This document shows, in pieces, positions 1 to 12,915 of a DNA stretch of 64,000 nt. Each line of letters begins with the position of its first letter. Position 1 is the first letter of the stretch. This stretch comes from Octopus sinensis (taxonomy: Eukaryota): positions 157,418,001-157,482,000 of the forward strand of contig NC_042999.1 in the NCBI RefSeq assembly GCF_006345805.1, read 5' to 3'. Under the pieces are notes generated by a model. That model saw nothing but the letters and a program-made list of their open reading frames with translations. It was not told the origin of the DNA and did no database searches. Made by a program: the position numbers and the translations under genes.

Positions 1-84
1 GCTGGGAGCCCTTCCGGCAAGGAAAATAGAACGCCCAAAAGAGCTCCTGATTCTCCATGTCAGAAGAGGTTATGTTCAGATTAC

Positions 85-352
85 AACTAAGCCTTAACCT
101 AAGCCTAAGCTAACCTGGCGAAAAGGGGGCTCAGGAGCCCCTAAAAGGCAGCGACTAATCCCGATCTAGTCCTAACCCCTCCTAGGGGTACTATCGATCA
201 AAGCTGCATCGAAGATGTGCATTGGAGAAGATTGCATTGAAGGTTTGCATTGGATAAGGATGCATCAAAGGTTTGCATTGTAGATCTGCAGTGAAGAAGG
301 TTGATTCGAAGGTTTGCATTGGGGATCCAGATTAGAGTAACTTAGCAAAACT
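85..352. repeat. Telomere-like (CCTAA/CCTAAC) motifs and short AAGGTTTGCATTG-type repeats, probably non-coding 3' part of the adjacent Helitron
   Basis: gccttaacctaagcctaagctaacc at ~90-115, cctaaccc at ~171, and several (aaggt)ttgcattg units between ~215 and ~322; lies downstream of the minus-strand helicase stop at 599. Confidence 0.35.
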
Positions 353-598
353 TACCAACAGCCTTAACAAAAAAATAAGGGGCCTGGCCCTTCTAGCCTA
401 ACTCTATGAGCAACTTGGCCAAGCACTGATATCGGCCAAGTGAGCATTATTGTCGGAGAAGTCAGCATTGTCCAATAAAGAAGAGGAAGAGTCCATGAGT
501 CATGCTGCCATGGTTTGAGACTATGTCCGGCCAATGCTTCTGGATCACCCGTTTATAATGATATCGGCTGCAATGATGACTTGTTCTTCTTTCTACGT

Positions 599-943
599 CT
601 ATAAAACTTCGCTATAGACAACATTGCGTGTTCTGCCTTGTGGAGCATACACAAAAGGAGTGTTTCTACTTCCCACACAGGAGCAGGCCACATAAAGTTG
701 CCCATGTGAAAAGCACGGCTCCCCCAAATGAATGACTGCTACCAATAGTGTTTGGCTCTGAGATTTGTTGATGGACATGGTGATCTGCGGATGTTAAACA
801 GCATGTCTGACCCCGAGGGATAAAGGTGCATCCTTGAAATAAAAACATTTCCCCCTCCTCCCATACCACGTAACAATGGTGGCCTCAATATAGTGGGGTG
901 TCAGGGACTTGACTACCAAGCAGGTCCCATTGCACTGTTTAGG
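599..943 (-). mobile_element. Helitron PIF1-type helicase C-terminal remnant (frameshifted)
   Basis: Manual minus-strand translation across frameshifts: PKQCNGTCLVVKSLTPHYIEATIVT..MSINKSQSQTL..EPCFSHGQLYVACS..TRNVVYSEVL*, matching Helitron helicase motifs (LCNGTRL, AMTINKSQGQ, FSHGQLYVA, KNIVYxEVL). Confidence 0.85.
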
Positions 944-1019
944 CAGATAAAGTGTGTACTCTTTATCTTATTTGAATTGTTATTTTGAGTGGCAGGAGAT
1001 AAGTTTCAGTGAACTTGAA

Positions 1020-1282
1020 TAGCATTATTTACATTATTTACAATGAGTAGATATTTGTCTTCATCTTGTTGGTTGTTAACACGTTTTGGCTGATATACTC
1101 TCCAGCCTTCATCAGGAATTTCGAACCTGGGTTCTTATTTCTAAGGTATTTTTCGATGTTGTTGTTGTTGTTATTGTTATTATTGTTATTATTATTATTA
1201 TTATTATTCATGACACTGCCTGGAATCTAACTCGGAATTTTGTGGTTAGTAGCCCGCGGTCTTAACCACTATGCTATATGCC
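1020..1282 (-). mobile_element. tRNA-headed SINE-like element with (AAT/AAC)n linker and degenerate hammerhead ribozyme core
   Basis: Minus strand: A box TAGCATAGTGG, B-box-like GAGTTAGATTCC, microsatellite, then CTGATGA-A-GGCTG..CAGCC-AAAACGT, tail TGTAAATAATGTAAATAATG. Confidence 0.65.
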
Positions 1283-1835
1283 TGTGGGTATATGGCGTAG
1301 TGCTTTAAATCACATAGGAAGAAAAATGGCTACAGCACAAAGTCATCTCTTTGTTTCAACCACCAAGAAAGCAAAAGTACATACAGAGAATTTCATAAAC
1401 AGAAATGAATAAGAATGTTGTGGCTGAAAATAAAGTCAAATAGAGAATTTAAATATTAAAACAAACAGAAACTAAGAAACAAAATGTGCTAGTTGCTGCT
1501 GTGGAGGATGATGATGATATGATGAAAGATGAAGCAAGCGAACACCAAATATATAGTGTGTGTGTTTCCATTGGATACACTGGCAACATGACCATCCCCA
1601 AATACACATCAAGAATCTTGCAAAACGAACAAATAAACTTCCTTTTGAGTTTTGGGCCTCGGGCCAACCAAAGCCTTGGGAGTGGATTTGGTAGATGGAA
1701 ACTGAAAGAAGCCCGTCATATATATGTATGTGTGTATATATATATATATATATTATATTAAATTAGAGACAAAACCACTATTAGGCAAATCATACAATGA
1801 AAAACTTAAGTTTGGATTTATTCCCTAATATTTAT

Positions 1836-1882
<47 letters not shown>

Positions 1883-1889
1883 AGAGAGA

Positions 1890-2197
1890 GACGCAATGGC
1901 TCAGTGGTTAGGGCAGCGGACTCGCAGTTGTAGGATCGCGGTTTCGATTCCCAGACCGGGCGTTGTGAGTGTTTATTGAGCGAAAACACCTAAAGCTCCA
2001 CAAGGTTCCGACAGGGGGTGGTGGCGATCCCTGCTGTACTCTTTCATCACAACTTTCTCTCACTCTTTCTTCTGTTGGCCTGCTCGCTTAACCAGCGGGA
2101 TGGCGTCACTTGAAGGCTAAAGCAATGCAAAGCGCATTGTGACCAGCGATGTGTAACAACATCTGATAGCCTGGTCAGTCACGGTGATCACGGTGAT
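1890..2197 (+). mobile_element. tRNA-derived SINE, family B (tail type 1)
   Basis: Head tggctcagtggttagggcagcggactcg..ggtttcgattccc with A/B boxes; body shared with 13721 and 21500 copies; ends in cacggtgat repeats. Confidence 0.8.
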
Positions 2198-2813
2198 GTG
2201 TGTGTGTGTGTGTTTGTGTGTCTGTGTTTGTCCCCACCAACATTGCTTGACAACCGATGCTGGTGTGTTTACATCCCCGTAACTTAGCGGTTTGGCAAAA
2301 ATCCTGGGGTCAATTTGCTCGATAAAGGCGGTGCTCCAGCATGGCCACAGTCAAATGACTGAAACAAGTAAAAGAGTCAGTGGTTTTTACATTCTTTTAA
2401 TTTATCATTTATTTATTTGTTGTCATTCTCTTTTACTTGTTTCAGTCATTTGACTGTGGCCATGCTGGAGCACCGCCTTTAGTCGAGCAAATCGACCCCG
2501 GGACTTATTCTGTTGTAAGCCCAGTACTTATTCTATTGGTCTCTTTTGCCGAACCACTAAGTGACAGGGACATAAACACACCAGCATCGGTTGTCAAGCA
2601 ATACTAGGAGGACAAACAAACACACACATACATATATATATACATATATACGACAGGCTTCTTTCAGTTTCCATCTACCAAATCCACTCACAAGGCATTG
2701 GTCGACCCGAGGCTATAGCAGAAGACACTTGCCCAAGATGCCACACAGTGGGACTGAACCCGGAACCATGTGGTTGGTTAGCAAGCTACTTATCACACAG
2801 CCACTCCTGCGCC
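2198..2813. mobile_element. Two tRNA-derived SINE family A copies tail to tail (3' half on +, full copy on -)
   Basis: Matches the window's commonest repeat (head aggcgcaggagtggctgtgtggtaag, CORE-like ggcaccttgggcaagtgtctt, tail gaaacaagtaaaagag). Confidence 0.85.
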
Positions 2814-3179
2814 TATGTATTATGTATTATTATTTTCTATATATTTTTTTATATGTGTATTGGTGTGTATTTTGTGTTTTAATGTTTTGGTTAGAGAATA
2901 TTATAATAATGAAAGGATTTTGCCTGTTTATTTATTCCAACTACTTTTGATACTCTTTTAATCTATATGGTCATATATTTGTATTACAGAATATTTTTTA
3001 GTTTGTTTTCACATTTTTTTTGTATTTATTATTTGTCTGCTTTACTGTGCGATGTCTTTTCACTGCGAACTGCGAAAGATTCAAAACAGTATTCGTGAAA
3101 TGAAGTCAAACTCTTTGTATCTTCATTTTCCGTTACCTGAAGTCAATTTCAGAGTGGTTGTACACTGTAAGCACATAGC

Positions 3180-3730
3180 ATCATCATCATTGTTCGATCG
3201 TGGTCGAGACAATGGAATTTACAATGCTATGCCAGACTTCACGGTCCATCATGGCATTACGGAGGTCCTGTTGCTGGATGCCTGTATCCCTGGAGATTAC
3301 ATCAGGGTAGGAGAGTGTGCGCCCTCTGATATTGCGAGTAGATGGCTTCCAGAGGAGAAGAGTAGAAATTACCTCTTTTTTAGCTCTACAACAATGTCCA
3401 GCAAACTGGACTCTCCTACATTTCACAAGAGATGACACAGGTGGTAGTTTCCCATATATTTGCATTTTGGTTGGATGGCGCCTCCACAAGAGATTTTGAG
3501 CTCTCATAAGGAAGCGAGTGTAGGTTCCATCCAACCGCCTCTCAAGCTTCTTTGATAACGTCCAGGTTTCTGAGCCATATAGTAGAATTGGTTCGACTGT
3601 GGCTTTGAAGATTTCAAGTTTGAAGTCTCTACTTAGATTTGATGACCAGATCTTATGCATGTCATTACAGGGTGACCAGGCCATACCCTTTCTAGTTAGA
3701 AAATCTTTTCTAGATGATGATATGTATGAC
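3180..3730 (-). mobile_element. Non-LTR retrotransposon (RTE-like) ORF 3' fragment, second family
   Basis: ORF 3187-3684: IFKATVEPILLYGSETWTL..RRVQFAGHC..AMMDREVW, a typical post-RT C-terminal region; ends in (ATG)n. Confidence 0.8.
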
Positions 3731-4439
3731 GTAGCAAATACATTCCTTTAATTCTACTTTTCAAGTAGGTATTATATTGCCACTTTTGAACGTACCAATC
3801 ATACTTCTCTCCAAAAAAAATAGCTCCCTTCGCTGTTGAATAAAATAAACTCACAAAGGGGAAGTTTCAACACCTTCCTTCAATTTCCTTACACCATTTA
3901 TGTGACTGTTTCTTACAAGAAACTTCACTTTCATGTAAAACAACTATATTTTGTAGTCATTATCTGTAATCTACTCCCAAAACACTTCAATAGCTCTACT
4001 TTGCATCACTTGCAAACTTATATGTTCTATGATCATTAAAGTGCAACGACCTCCACAATAACCAGCCTTCAGTTTGGTTTTCTGTTCCTAGGTTAATCGG
4101 AAACATAGATTGCATTGTTATTCATAAACCTTCTCAGTCATTCAATTATTTGGTGGAAAAAATACCACCAAAGCAACTTAAACCGCCCAAAGGACAGGTG
4201 CATTTGCTAGTATAATACATCGCTTGTTCACGGTGCGCCCACCCTTTCCCATCCCCACCACCAATATCAGATACATCTATATTCGCACCATCTACACCAG
4301 ATATCCCTTCTCTCGCCAGCATTACCTGTGTCTATTCTTCCAACCTTTCCTCCTCAATGGGCTATTCTCCATGTATTACCTGCACTTCTCTCTCTCTCTC
4401 TCATAGGACAAATGCAGCCAGTGCAGCTGCTCATCAACC

Positions 4440-7400
4440 CACCCATTTAACCAGTTATCTTATGTTTCATTCTCTTCAGAAATCTGTCACCACCCGTACC
4501 AGTTATCAATGTAGGCACACTGAAAGGTAGGTCTAGTGAGATTGTAGAAATGCTTGAAAGGAGACAGGTTGACGTATGCTGCATACAAGAGGTAAGGTGG
4601 AGAGGAGCTTCAGCTAGGGTTCTCACAGGCAAGGCACATAGATATAAAGTCTTCTGGCAAGGTAACATGGATGGTGTAGGGGGTGTTGGCATACTCCTTG
4701 TGGAGAAATGGGTGGATAAGGTCATAGGGTTGTTAGGGTATGCGATAGAGTGCTTAAGCTCAGGCTAGTCCTGCAGAACAGCATAGCTACAATTATCTCC
4801 GCCTATGCCCCACATGTGGGGCTACCAAATGATCAGAAGGACCATTTTTATGATACCCTTCTACAGGCTACCTCAAAGAAGAGTGGCAATGACCTCATCG
4901 TTGTGGCTGGAGACTTTAATGGGTATGTTGGGTGGGAATCTGATATCTTCACTGGGGTACATGGTGGCCATGGTATTGGCACTCGAAAAAATGATGGAAC
5001 TAGGCTAGTGGAATTCTGTGACAAATGTAACCTTTTAATCTGCAACACTAACTTCAGGAAGCCAGACAGCCACCTTATAACCTATCAGTCAGGGGACTCT
5101 GCTAGCCAGATTGATTTTATCCTCACCAGACAGCAGGACGCAGGGTTGCTCTTAAATACAAAGACCCTCTTGGGTGAAGAATGTACTCCCCAGCATAGGC
5201 TAGTCATTAGTTCCTTTAGGCTTGAGGCCAGAAGGATACCAAGAAGCAGACCAATACAGAAAAGAAGAATTTGGTCAGAGATTTAGGGACATCCTCATCA
5301 AGAAATTTGATGAGAGGGAGGAGGAGCTACAGACGTCTGACATAGAAGGTAGCTGGAAATTCCTACAGGACAGCTTGCTGAGTGCCACAGACCAAGTCTG
5401 CGGATGGTGCAAAGTCCCTTCCAGACCTAGAGTTATGTGGTGGTGGAATAGTATTGTAGACAAAGCCATTAGAGCAAAGAAACAGGCCTGGAAAGCCTGG
5501 AGGAATGGGGTAGCATGGAAATGTACCAGGTAGCCAAAAGGGAGGCTGGGCGGCAGGTATACATAGCCAAGGGCAAAGCAGAAAAGAAGTTTGCCAATGT
5601 CCAGCGACATGAGGACCAAAGAACCGAGGTATTTTGGATTGCAAGACAGTGTGTGAGAAAATTGTGATGTCACAGGAGAGAAATGCGTCCGCATGGATGA
5701 TGGTGCACTTTCTTTTAATGTTTCTGAAAAGAAAGAGGCTTGGAGAAGCCATTATGAGAGACTGCTGAATGTGGAGAATGAATGGGAGGAGGAGAGCCTG
5801 CCAAATGTTGACCCAGTAGAGGGATCAGCTATCTGAATAGACAGCTCCCTAATAGATAAAGCAATTAAGGGTATGAAGCCAGGAAAAGCCCCCAGCCAAT
5901 CAGGAATCACTGCTGAGATGCTTAAAACATCTGGTAGTATGGGCTATGGCCTAGTCACCCGCATTGCAAACCAGGTAGTTCATGATGGAGTCATATCCAA
6001 TGACTGGCATAGCAGCACCATAGTCAACTGCTACAAGGGTAAAGGTGATGCTCTAGATAGAAATAACTACAGGGGTAGTAAACTGCTGGATCAGGTGATG
6101 AAGGTCAGAGAGGGTGATAGCCCATCTCATTAGAGAAAGAGTCCACTTAGATGAGATGCAGTTTGGTTTTGTTCCGGGTAGAAGGACCACTGATGCCATA
6201 TTCCTGGTTCGACAACTGCAGGAGAAATACCTAGCTAAAGATAAACCCATCACCATAGCTTTCATGGATTTGAAGAAAGCCTTTGACAGGGTCCCCTGAT
6301 CCCTTATCTGGTGGGTGATGCAGAAACTGGAGAATGACGAATGGTTAGTAAGGGCTGTACAGGCCCTATACAGAGAGGCTGTCAGCAAGGTTAGGATCGG
6401 CAATGAGTACAGTGAAGAATTCCAGGTTGAAGTAGGTGTCCACCAAGGCTCAGCCCTCAGTCCCCTTTTATTCCTCATAGTCCTCCAGGCAATAACAGAA
6501 GAATTCAAGACGGGTTGCTCCTGGGAGCTCCTCTATGCTGATGACCTGGTCCTCATAGCAGAATCACTACCGGAACTAGAAAAGAAATTTCAGGTGTGGA
6601 AGCTAGGTTTAGAATCAAAAGGCCTTAGAGTCAATGTAGCAAAGACCAAGGTTATAGTAAATAGGAAGGTGAATTCATCACGCACCCCCTCAGGTAGGTG
6701 GCCCTGCTCGATCTGTAGAAAAGGCGTAGGTAGAATACCAGGGGGAGATACTAGAAGTAGTTGATAGTTTCTGCTACCTAGGGGACCAAGTCAGTAGTGG
6801 AGGTGGATGCTCAGAGAACGTTACTACTAGAATAAGAATTGCCTGGGCAATGTTCAGACAGCTGCTACCCCTACTGGTGACAAAGGGTCTCTCGCTCAGA
6901 GTGAAAGGTAGATTGTACGACGCATGTGTGCGAACTGCCATGCTTCACAGTAGCATTGAATGTGGCATGCAAGAGACGTTTAAGCTGGTATGGTCATGTA
7001 CTACGGATGGATGAGGAGAGATGTGTGAAGAAATGCCACTCTCAAACAGTTGAAGGAAACCGGGGTAGAGGTAGACTCAGGAAGACATGGGATGAGGTGG
7101 TCAAGAATGACCTTCGAACGTTGGGCCTCACAGGGGCAATGACGAAAGACCGAGACCTCTTGAGATATGCTGTGACTGCGAAGACCTGACAAATAACATG
7201 AGTTCATGGCTACTTCCTGCACCAGCTTCCCATAGAAGTCCCAGCCCATCCAAAGTACCTTGGATTGCAGGACGGTCTGCTGTGCTTACCTTGGATCGTA
7301 GGGCAACATTGATCGTACATCAACATCAAATAAAAATCAAATGGAAATTGTAGTTGTGATACCTGTGCCATCCGAACGTGGCCAATGCCAATGCCGCTTT

Positions 7401-7670
7401 GACTAGCTTCCTTCCATGCTGGTGGCATGTAAAAAGCATCAGCCGATCATGGCTGTTGCCAGCCTCCCCTGGCACCTGTGCCGGCAGCACATAAAAAGCA
7501 CCCACTACACTCATGGAGTGGTTGGCATTAGGAAGGGCATCCAGCTGTAGAAACACTGCCAGATCAGACTGGAGCCTGGTGCAGCCTCCTGGTTTCCCAG
7601 ACCCCGGTCGAACTGTCCAACCCATGCTAGCATGGAAAACAAACATTAAACGATGATGATGATGATCACC
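4440..7670 (+). mobile_element. RTE-clade LINE, near full length, degenerate (AP endonuclease + RT + 3'UTR)
   Basis: ORF pieces: NVGTL, VDVCCIQEVRW, SAYAP, AGDFNG, SQIDFIL (APE); NNYRG, QFGFVPG, AFDRVP, GVHQGSALSPLLF, LLYADDL (RT); 3'UTR ends aaacgatgatgatgatgat. Several stops, frameshifts and deletions. Confidence 0.92.
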
Positions 7671-7699
7671 ATCATCAATATATATATATATCACATATA

Positions 7700-8480
7700 T
7701 ATTGGGTCATCCCATAAATAATGTGATTTTTTTAATACTTATTTTATTTTTCAAATTTAAGCTGAATAAAGTTCATTTTTAATCTAAAATATATTCTCCT
7801 TCATTTTCTACAATGCTTTTCCAGCTATCTAGTAGATTTGTAAGGCCCCTCTTCCAAAGTTCACTTGTCCATGATGAAAAATACTCTTCTAGTATTATAA
7901 TGACCTCATCTACAAAATTCATATTTTTTCCATCCAGGTGATTTTGAAGACTGTGGAATAAATGATAATCAGATGGGGCAATGTCTGGTGAATATGGTGG
8001 GTGGGGTATTGTTTCCCATTCAAACTGCTCCAGCCTTTGGCAGGTCATCCTTGCTGTATGTGACTGAGTATTATCCTGATGGAAGAACAACTTTTGTCTC
8101 AAAACCAAAGATGGTCATTTTTCTTCTTAACCCTTTCATTACTAACCCAGCCAAAACCGGCTCTGGCTCTGTAGTACAAATGTCTTATTTCCATAAGTTT
8201 TGAATTAAAATCTTTCACCAAACCTTAGTCACAATTTATGTTCCTAACACTAGCTGTATGATAACTTAGTTATTTTACTAAATTCTTTCTTATATTTGAA
8301 AATCATTGAAAGAAACAGAGTATCTCAAAATAAATACAGTAACGAAGGGGTTAAGCCGCTCAAGCTGCTCACAGTAGATCTCCTTAGTTATTGTTTGGTC
8401 TGGTTTTAAAAGTTCAAAGTGGACTAAACCTTTCATGTCCCACCAAACAGATAACAACACCTTACATGGGTGAACACACA
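7700..8480 (-). mobile_element. mariner transposon 3' half, interrupted by a MITE
   Basis: ORFs 7779-8108 (HQDN..HPPYSPDIAPSDYHLF..GEYILD) and 8290-8487 (KVLLSVWWD..FELL); probable TIR near 7700 beside TA repeats. Confidence 0.9.
8131..8350 (+). mobile_element. piggyBac-type MITE, family 1
   Basis: TTAA|CCCTTTC...GAAGGGG|TTAA; related copies at ~9370-9587 and 53050-53388. Confidence 0.85.
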
Positions 8481-8841
8481 GTTGCAACTGACATTACCCA
8501 ACCAGCAGAGCATGCTGACTTCATTTCCTTTTACATGTCCCCTTCAGTCACAGCCCATGTTTCACTGTCGTGTAGCATACTTGTACATACACAGACATCA
8601 TTCATGTTGCCTTTCATCATTTGAAAATCTAGAATGTGTGTAATATACAATTTTGTAACCAGATTTTTGCTGACATTATAACTCAGTCTGAAAGATTGCA
8701 TTTATGAAAATTTTCCCAATCAGAAAAGAAACAGTTCAGATTCAGATTCAAATTGAAGCAGAGACCTGTTACAAACCAAATTGAGATTTAGGAAAATAGA
8801 AAGATATGGCAAATTTATTTGAAAAATATATTCATATATAT

Positions 8842-9200
8842 GTGGAGTGGCTGTGTGGTAAGTAGCTTGTTTACCGACCACATGGTTCCGGGTTCAGTCC
8901 CACTGCATGGCACCTTGGGCAAGTGTCTTCTACTATAGCCTCGGGCTGACCAAAGCCTTGTGAGTGGATTTGGTAGACGGAAACTGAAAGAAGCCTGTCG
9001 TATATATATATATGTGTATGTGTTTGTGTGTCTGTGTTTGTCACCCTAGCATTGCTTGACAACCGATGCTGGTGTGTTTATGTCCCCGTTACTTAGCGGT
9101 TCGGCAAAAGAATAAGTCCCTGGGTCGAGTTGCTCGATTAAAGGCGGTGCTCCAGCATGGCTGCAGTCAAATGACTGAAACAAGTAAAAGAGAAAAAGAG
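8842..9200 (+). mobile_element. SINE family A
   Basis: Head, CORE-like segment, (TA/TG)n and tail as in other copies; small internal deletion. Confidence 0.85.
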
Positions 9201-9369
9201 AATATGTCTCGAACAAACAAATCCATGTATTTCAATGTGATTCAATAGTGGATTCAGTAATTTAAATATAAATGGCATTCTTTGTTTCACAAGCATGAGG
9301 TCCTGGGTTTGATCCAACTGCACAGCACCTAAGGCCAATGTATTCTACTATGGTCTCGTGTCAACCCAA

Positions 9370-9587
9370 ACCTGATACGAACCCGGCTGAAACCGCCTCT
9401 GGCTCTGTAGTACAAATGTCATATTTTCATAAGTTCTGAATTAAAATCTTCTACCAGACCTTAGTCACAATTTATGTTCCTAACACTAGCTTAATGATAA
9501 CTAAGTTATTTTACTAAATTTTTCGTTATATTTAAAATAATTGAAAGAAATACAGAGGATCTCAAAATAAATACAGTAACGAAAGGG
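9370..9587 (+). mobile_element. piggyBac-type MITE family 1, 5' end damaged
   Basis: Near-identical to 8131-8350; ends gtaacgaaaggg|ttaa. Confidence 0.8.
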
Positions 9588-11048
9588 TTAAAATTGCGTG
9601 GACAGAAATTGTGTAGAAGCTTATCAGATGATTGACAGTAGCTGCAATTCAAATGAACAACCTTGTCACACGCCGCACCCTTCAGATTTTGATTGAGGGT
9701 AGTTTAAGGAAACAAGTTTCGCTACTTGATCGAATACACAAAGTCGAAACTGTATAGAGAAACCAGTTACTTTTCAGTAAAAATAAAGGGCTTAACTACA
9801 GTTAGGCGCTACCCACGGATTTAGTTTCCACATTCTCAGAAATGCAGATTTTCTTGATGAAATTTTGCAGGGATCGTGGCTTAGAAATATGTAAGAAGTG
9901 TTGAATAATTCTATGCTCTCCATACTTTCTCATAACTGTCTTTAAAAACGCATATTTTGAACTGACATTTTGCAGAAATATAAATTTTGAGAGTCTAGGT
10001 TACGTAATATTGATATTTCAAACACATAAACCTGAAAAGAATAATGAAAAATGCTAAGCTTTTTCGTAAATTTCATCAATATGATCATAATGTACAACCT
10101 CGAAAACGTATTTCTGATAATTTCATTTAAAGATATACATTTTTGAGGAGACACAATCGGTGAGGCACCAATCTACAGTTATTCCAGCAATATCACAGCC
10201 CGACCCCCCAAAAAAATAATTGCATGCGATAGATTATAAGTTTTGTTAATTAAGCCGCAGTTTAATGTAAAAACGAAATTTGATTTATCAATTAAAAAAT
10301 TTTTTTTTTCTTTTTGTCAAAACTAGATCCAAATTTTGCAAATATAAAAATACAAGAATGGGACCTCCGAAACAAGATAATGTGTGCATGCAAACTGCTA
10401 GACATGAAAACTACATCTACACAGTGCTTGCTTAAAGAAGGACAAAAATATTTGTGAAAAAGAAAATGACTTCTTGCAAAATATACCTGGAACAGAACAT
10501 GGACAAGTTACTGATAATAAAATATAATCAAACCTTAGAAACAAAGCCGAAACTGGTGATAAATAGTTCTGTTATACGAGCACAGACTTCTGATGTTTAT
10601 GAAATAAATATTCCGGTGAAAAAAACGTTCCTTGCTGTTTTTATGTTTCCTCTAGCAAATTTTTAAGGACGATACAAAATCTCATTCACGTTCAGAAAAA
10701 AAAAATCAGTTACATGCAAAAATGTTAAAGATAAGAACACACGAAAAAAAAATATAGAAAATGTGATTCTACATACAAATATAAACAGCTTCGATTAAAG
10801 TTGTATTCTCCTGTAAAGTGACAGCTGCTTTGGAGTACGTGCCTGATCTACTATTACTACTGCTACTAGTATTACTGAGATAATGAGGTAAGCTCATTCA
10901 CGGGAGGATTTCGACTAGTAGCGAACTACAAGTGAATAACAACCCGCGGGAGACTATTATTCGTGAACTGAAAAATGATAAATCTTTAATCTTTACGTCT
11001 TTAGTCTTAAAGCTTAACTGTTTTAACGGGTTTTTAGTAAACCTCAAC

Positions 11049-11650
11049 AGGCGCAGGAGTGGCTGTGTGGTAAGTAGCTTGTTTACCAACCACATGGTTC
11101 CGGGTTCAGTCCCACTGCGTGGCACCTTGGGCAAGTGTCTTCTACTATAGCCCCGGGCCGACCAAAGCCTTGTGAGTGGATTTGGTAGACGGAAACTGAA
11201 AGAAGCCCGTCGTATATATGAATATATATATATATATGTATGTGCATATGTTTGTGTGTCTGTGTTTGTCCCCCCCCCAACATCGCTTGACAACCGATGC
11301 TGGTGTGTTTACGTCCCCGTAATTTAGCGGTTCGGCAAAAAAGACCGATAGAATAAGTATTAGGCTTACATAAGCCTTGTGAGTGGATTTGGTAGACGGA
11401 AACTGAAAGAAGCCCGTCATATATATGCATATGTATATATGTGTGTGTGTGCATGTTTGTCCCCCTGGCATTGCTTGACAACCGATGCTGGTGTGTTTAT
11501 GTCCCCGTCACTTAGCGGTTCGGCAAAAGAGACCGATAGAATAAGTACTGGGTTTACAAAGAATAAGTCCCGGGGTCGAGTTGCTCGACTAAAGGCGGTG
11601 CTCCAGCATGGCCGCAGTCAAATGACTGAAACAAGTAAAAGAGTAAAAAA
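11049..11650 (+). mobile_element. SINE family A with internal ~210-bp tandem duplication
   Basis: Segment aagccttgtgagtggatttgg...gaataagta occurs twice (~11166 and ~11372). Confidence 0.85.
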
Positions 11651-11699
11651 AGAGGAGACGGGAAAGTTTGTAGGCTGACTATGAAAGAGACGTGAGCTG

Positions 11700-12695
11700 T
11701 GAAATGTTGTGTGCATTAAATTCAACACTTCTTATCAATAACAACCTTTGTTTCTTTTCAAGTAAACTCACGTCTGAAGTGACTTCTCTTGAAAATGGAT
11801 GATGAGACAGTTACAAAAGGCTGTCAGACCAAACGCCCAGAAAAACTCATGAAAGGGGTTTGTTTCATTGAGACAGTGCTCCATGGCTGCTGTGTGTGAC
11901 TGGCTTTGCACTGGTGGGTCATCCTCCCTAGTTCCTAATTTGGCTCTATCTTATTTCTTTATTGCCCGCAAGGGGCTAAACATAGAGGGGACAAACAAGG
12001 ACGGACAAACGATTAAGTCGATTACATCGACCCCAGTGCGTAACTGCTACTTAATTTATCGACCCCGAAAGGATGAAAGGCAAAGTCGACCTCAGCGGAA
12101 AATTTGGTGTCATACTGTTATCAAACACCTGCAGAATAAGGATTTGTCCCCGAAAGACATTCATATGGTTGCTATATTAGGGGATGACACACCAGCTTCA
12201 ACAAAAGTGCAAGTGGGCAGCTAAATTTAGGAGGGGAATGGAATGTCTTGAAGATGACCCAAGGTCTCAACATCTTGCGACTGCCACCACCGAGAAAAAC
12301 ATTGATCATGTTCATCACATGGTGATGGATGACAGGCGACTGGCTTATAAATCAAACAGCCAATGCTATTAGCAAGTCCTTTTATAGAGTTGAGAATATT
12401 CTGCACCATAAACTTAGTATGACGAAGGGTTCTGTCAGTAGCTGCCACATCTTATGACTAAAAGCACACAAGGCTGATCACATCACAGGAGAATGTGACA
12501 TTGTTTGAGGAAGATCCAATTAGTTTCCTTGTGCATTTCCTAACCCTGGATGAGTGCTGGGTACATCACTTTCAGCCAGAGACAAAGAAACAATCCATGC
12601 AATGGAAACACCCGCTCTTCACCTGCTTCAGAGAAGGCCAAGGTTGTTTCCTCTGCAGGTAAGGTGATGGCCTCAGTTTTGGGGGGATGCAAAAA
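11700..12695 (+). mobile_element. mariner transposase remnant interrupted by a SINE family C copy (~11950-12100, minus)
   Basis: Fragments KWAAKFRRGMECLEDDPRS..TTEKNIDHVHHMVMDDRR and FLTLDECWVHHFQPETKKQSMQW..SAGKVMASV (TxDExW and SAGKVM motifs). Confidence 0.8.
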
Positions 12696-12699
12696 GCAA

Positions 12700-12915
12700 T
12701 ATTTCGTTTTGGGATTTGGTTTGCAAGACTCTTTATATGAGTTCGTGTGTTGAAGCATATTCTGTTGTGTCTGGGGAGAGTCATTCTCTTTTAGTGCCTT
12801 ATTATTTAACACACTCACCGGTAAAATTTCCACTTATTTCTTATTTTTATTTGAAACGGTTGCAAGACGCAACGAAAATTTTAGAAAATAAAAATAAGAA
12901 ATAAGTGGAAATTGC
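12700..12915. mobile_element. Fold-back MITE fragment (same family as 43072-43340)
   Basis: Shares gcatattctgttgtgtctggggagagtcattctc..aaatttccacttatttcttattt plus an inverted copy of the last segment. Confidence 0.7.

Noticed and set aside
3740-4200. Possible minus-strand exon ending TTT|gtgagt near 3850
   Set aside because: Short frames with stops and no recognisable homology; may be decayed transposon.
10300-10980. Non-repetitive, locally CpG-containing stretch with a GAG|GTAAGC donor-like site, possibly a promoter or exon of another gene
   Set aside because: No recognisable protein, partner exon or clear promoter motif.
11049-11125. SINE heads as functional tRNA genes
   Set aside because: A/B boxes are present but there is no complete cloverleaf, and each is fused to a SINE body.
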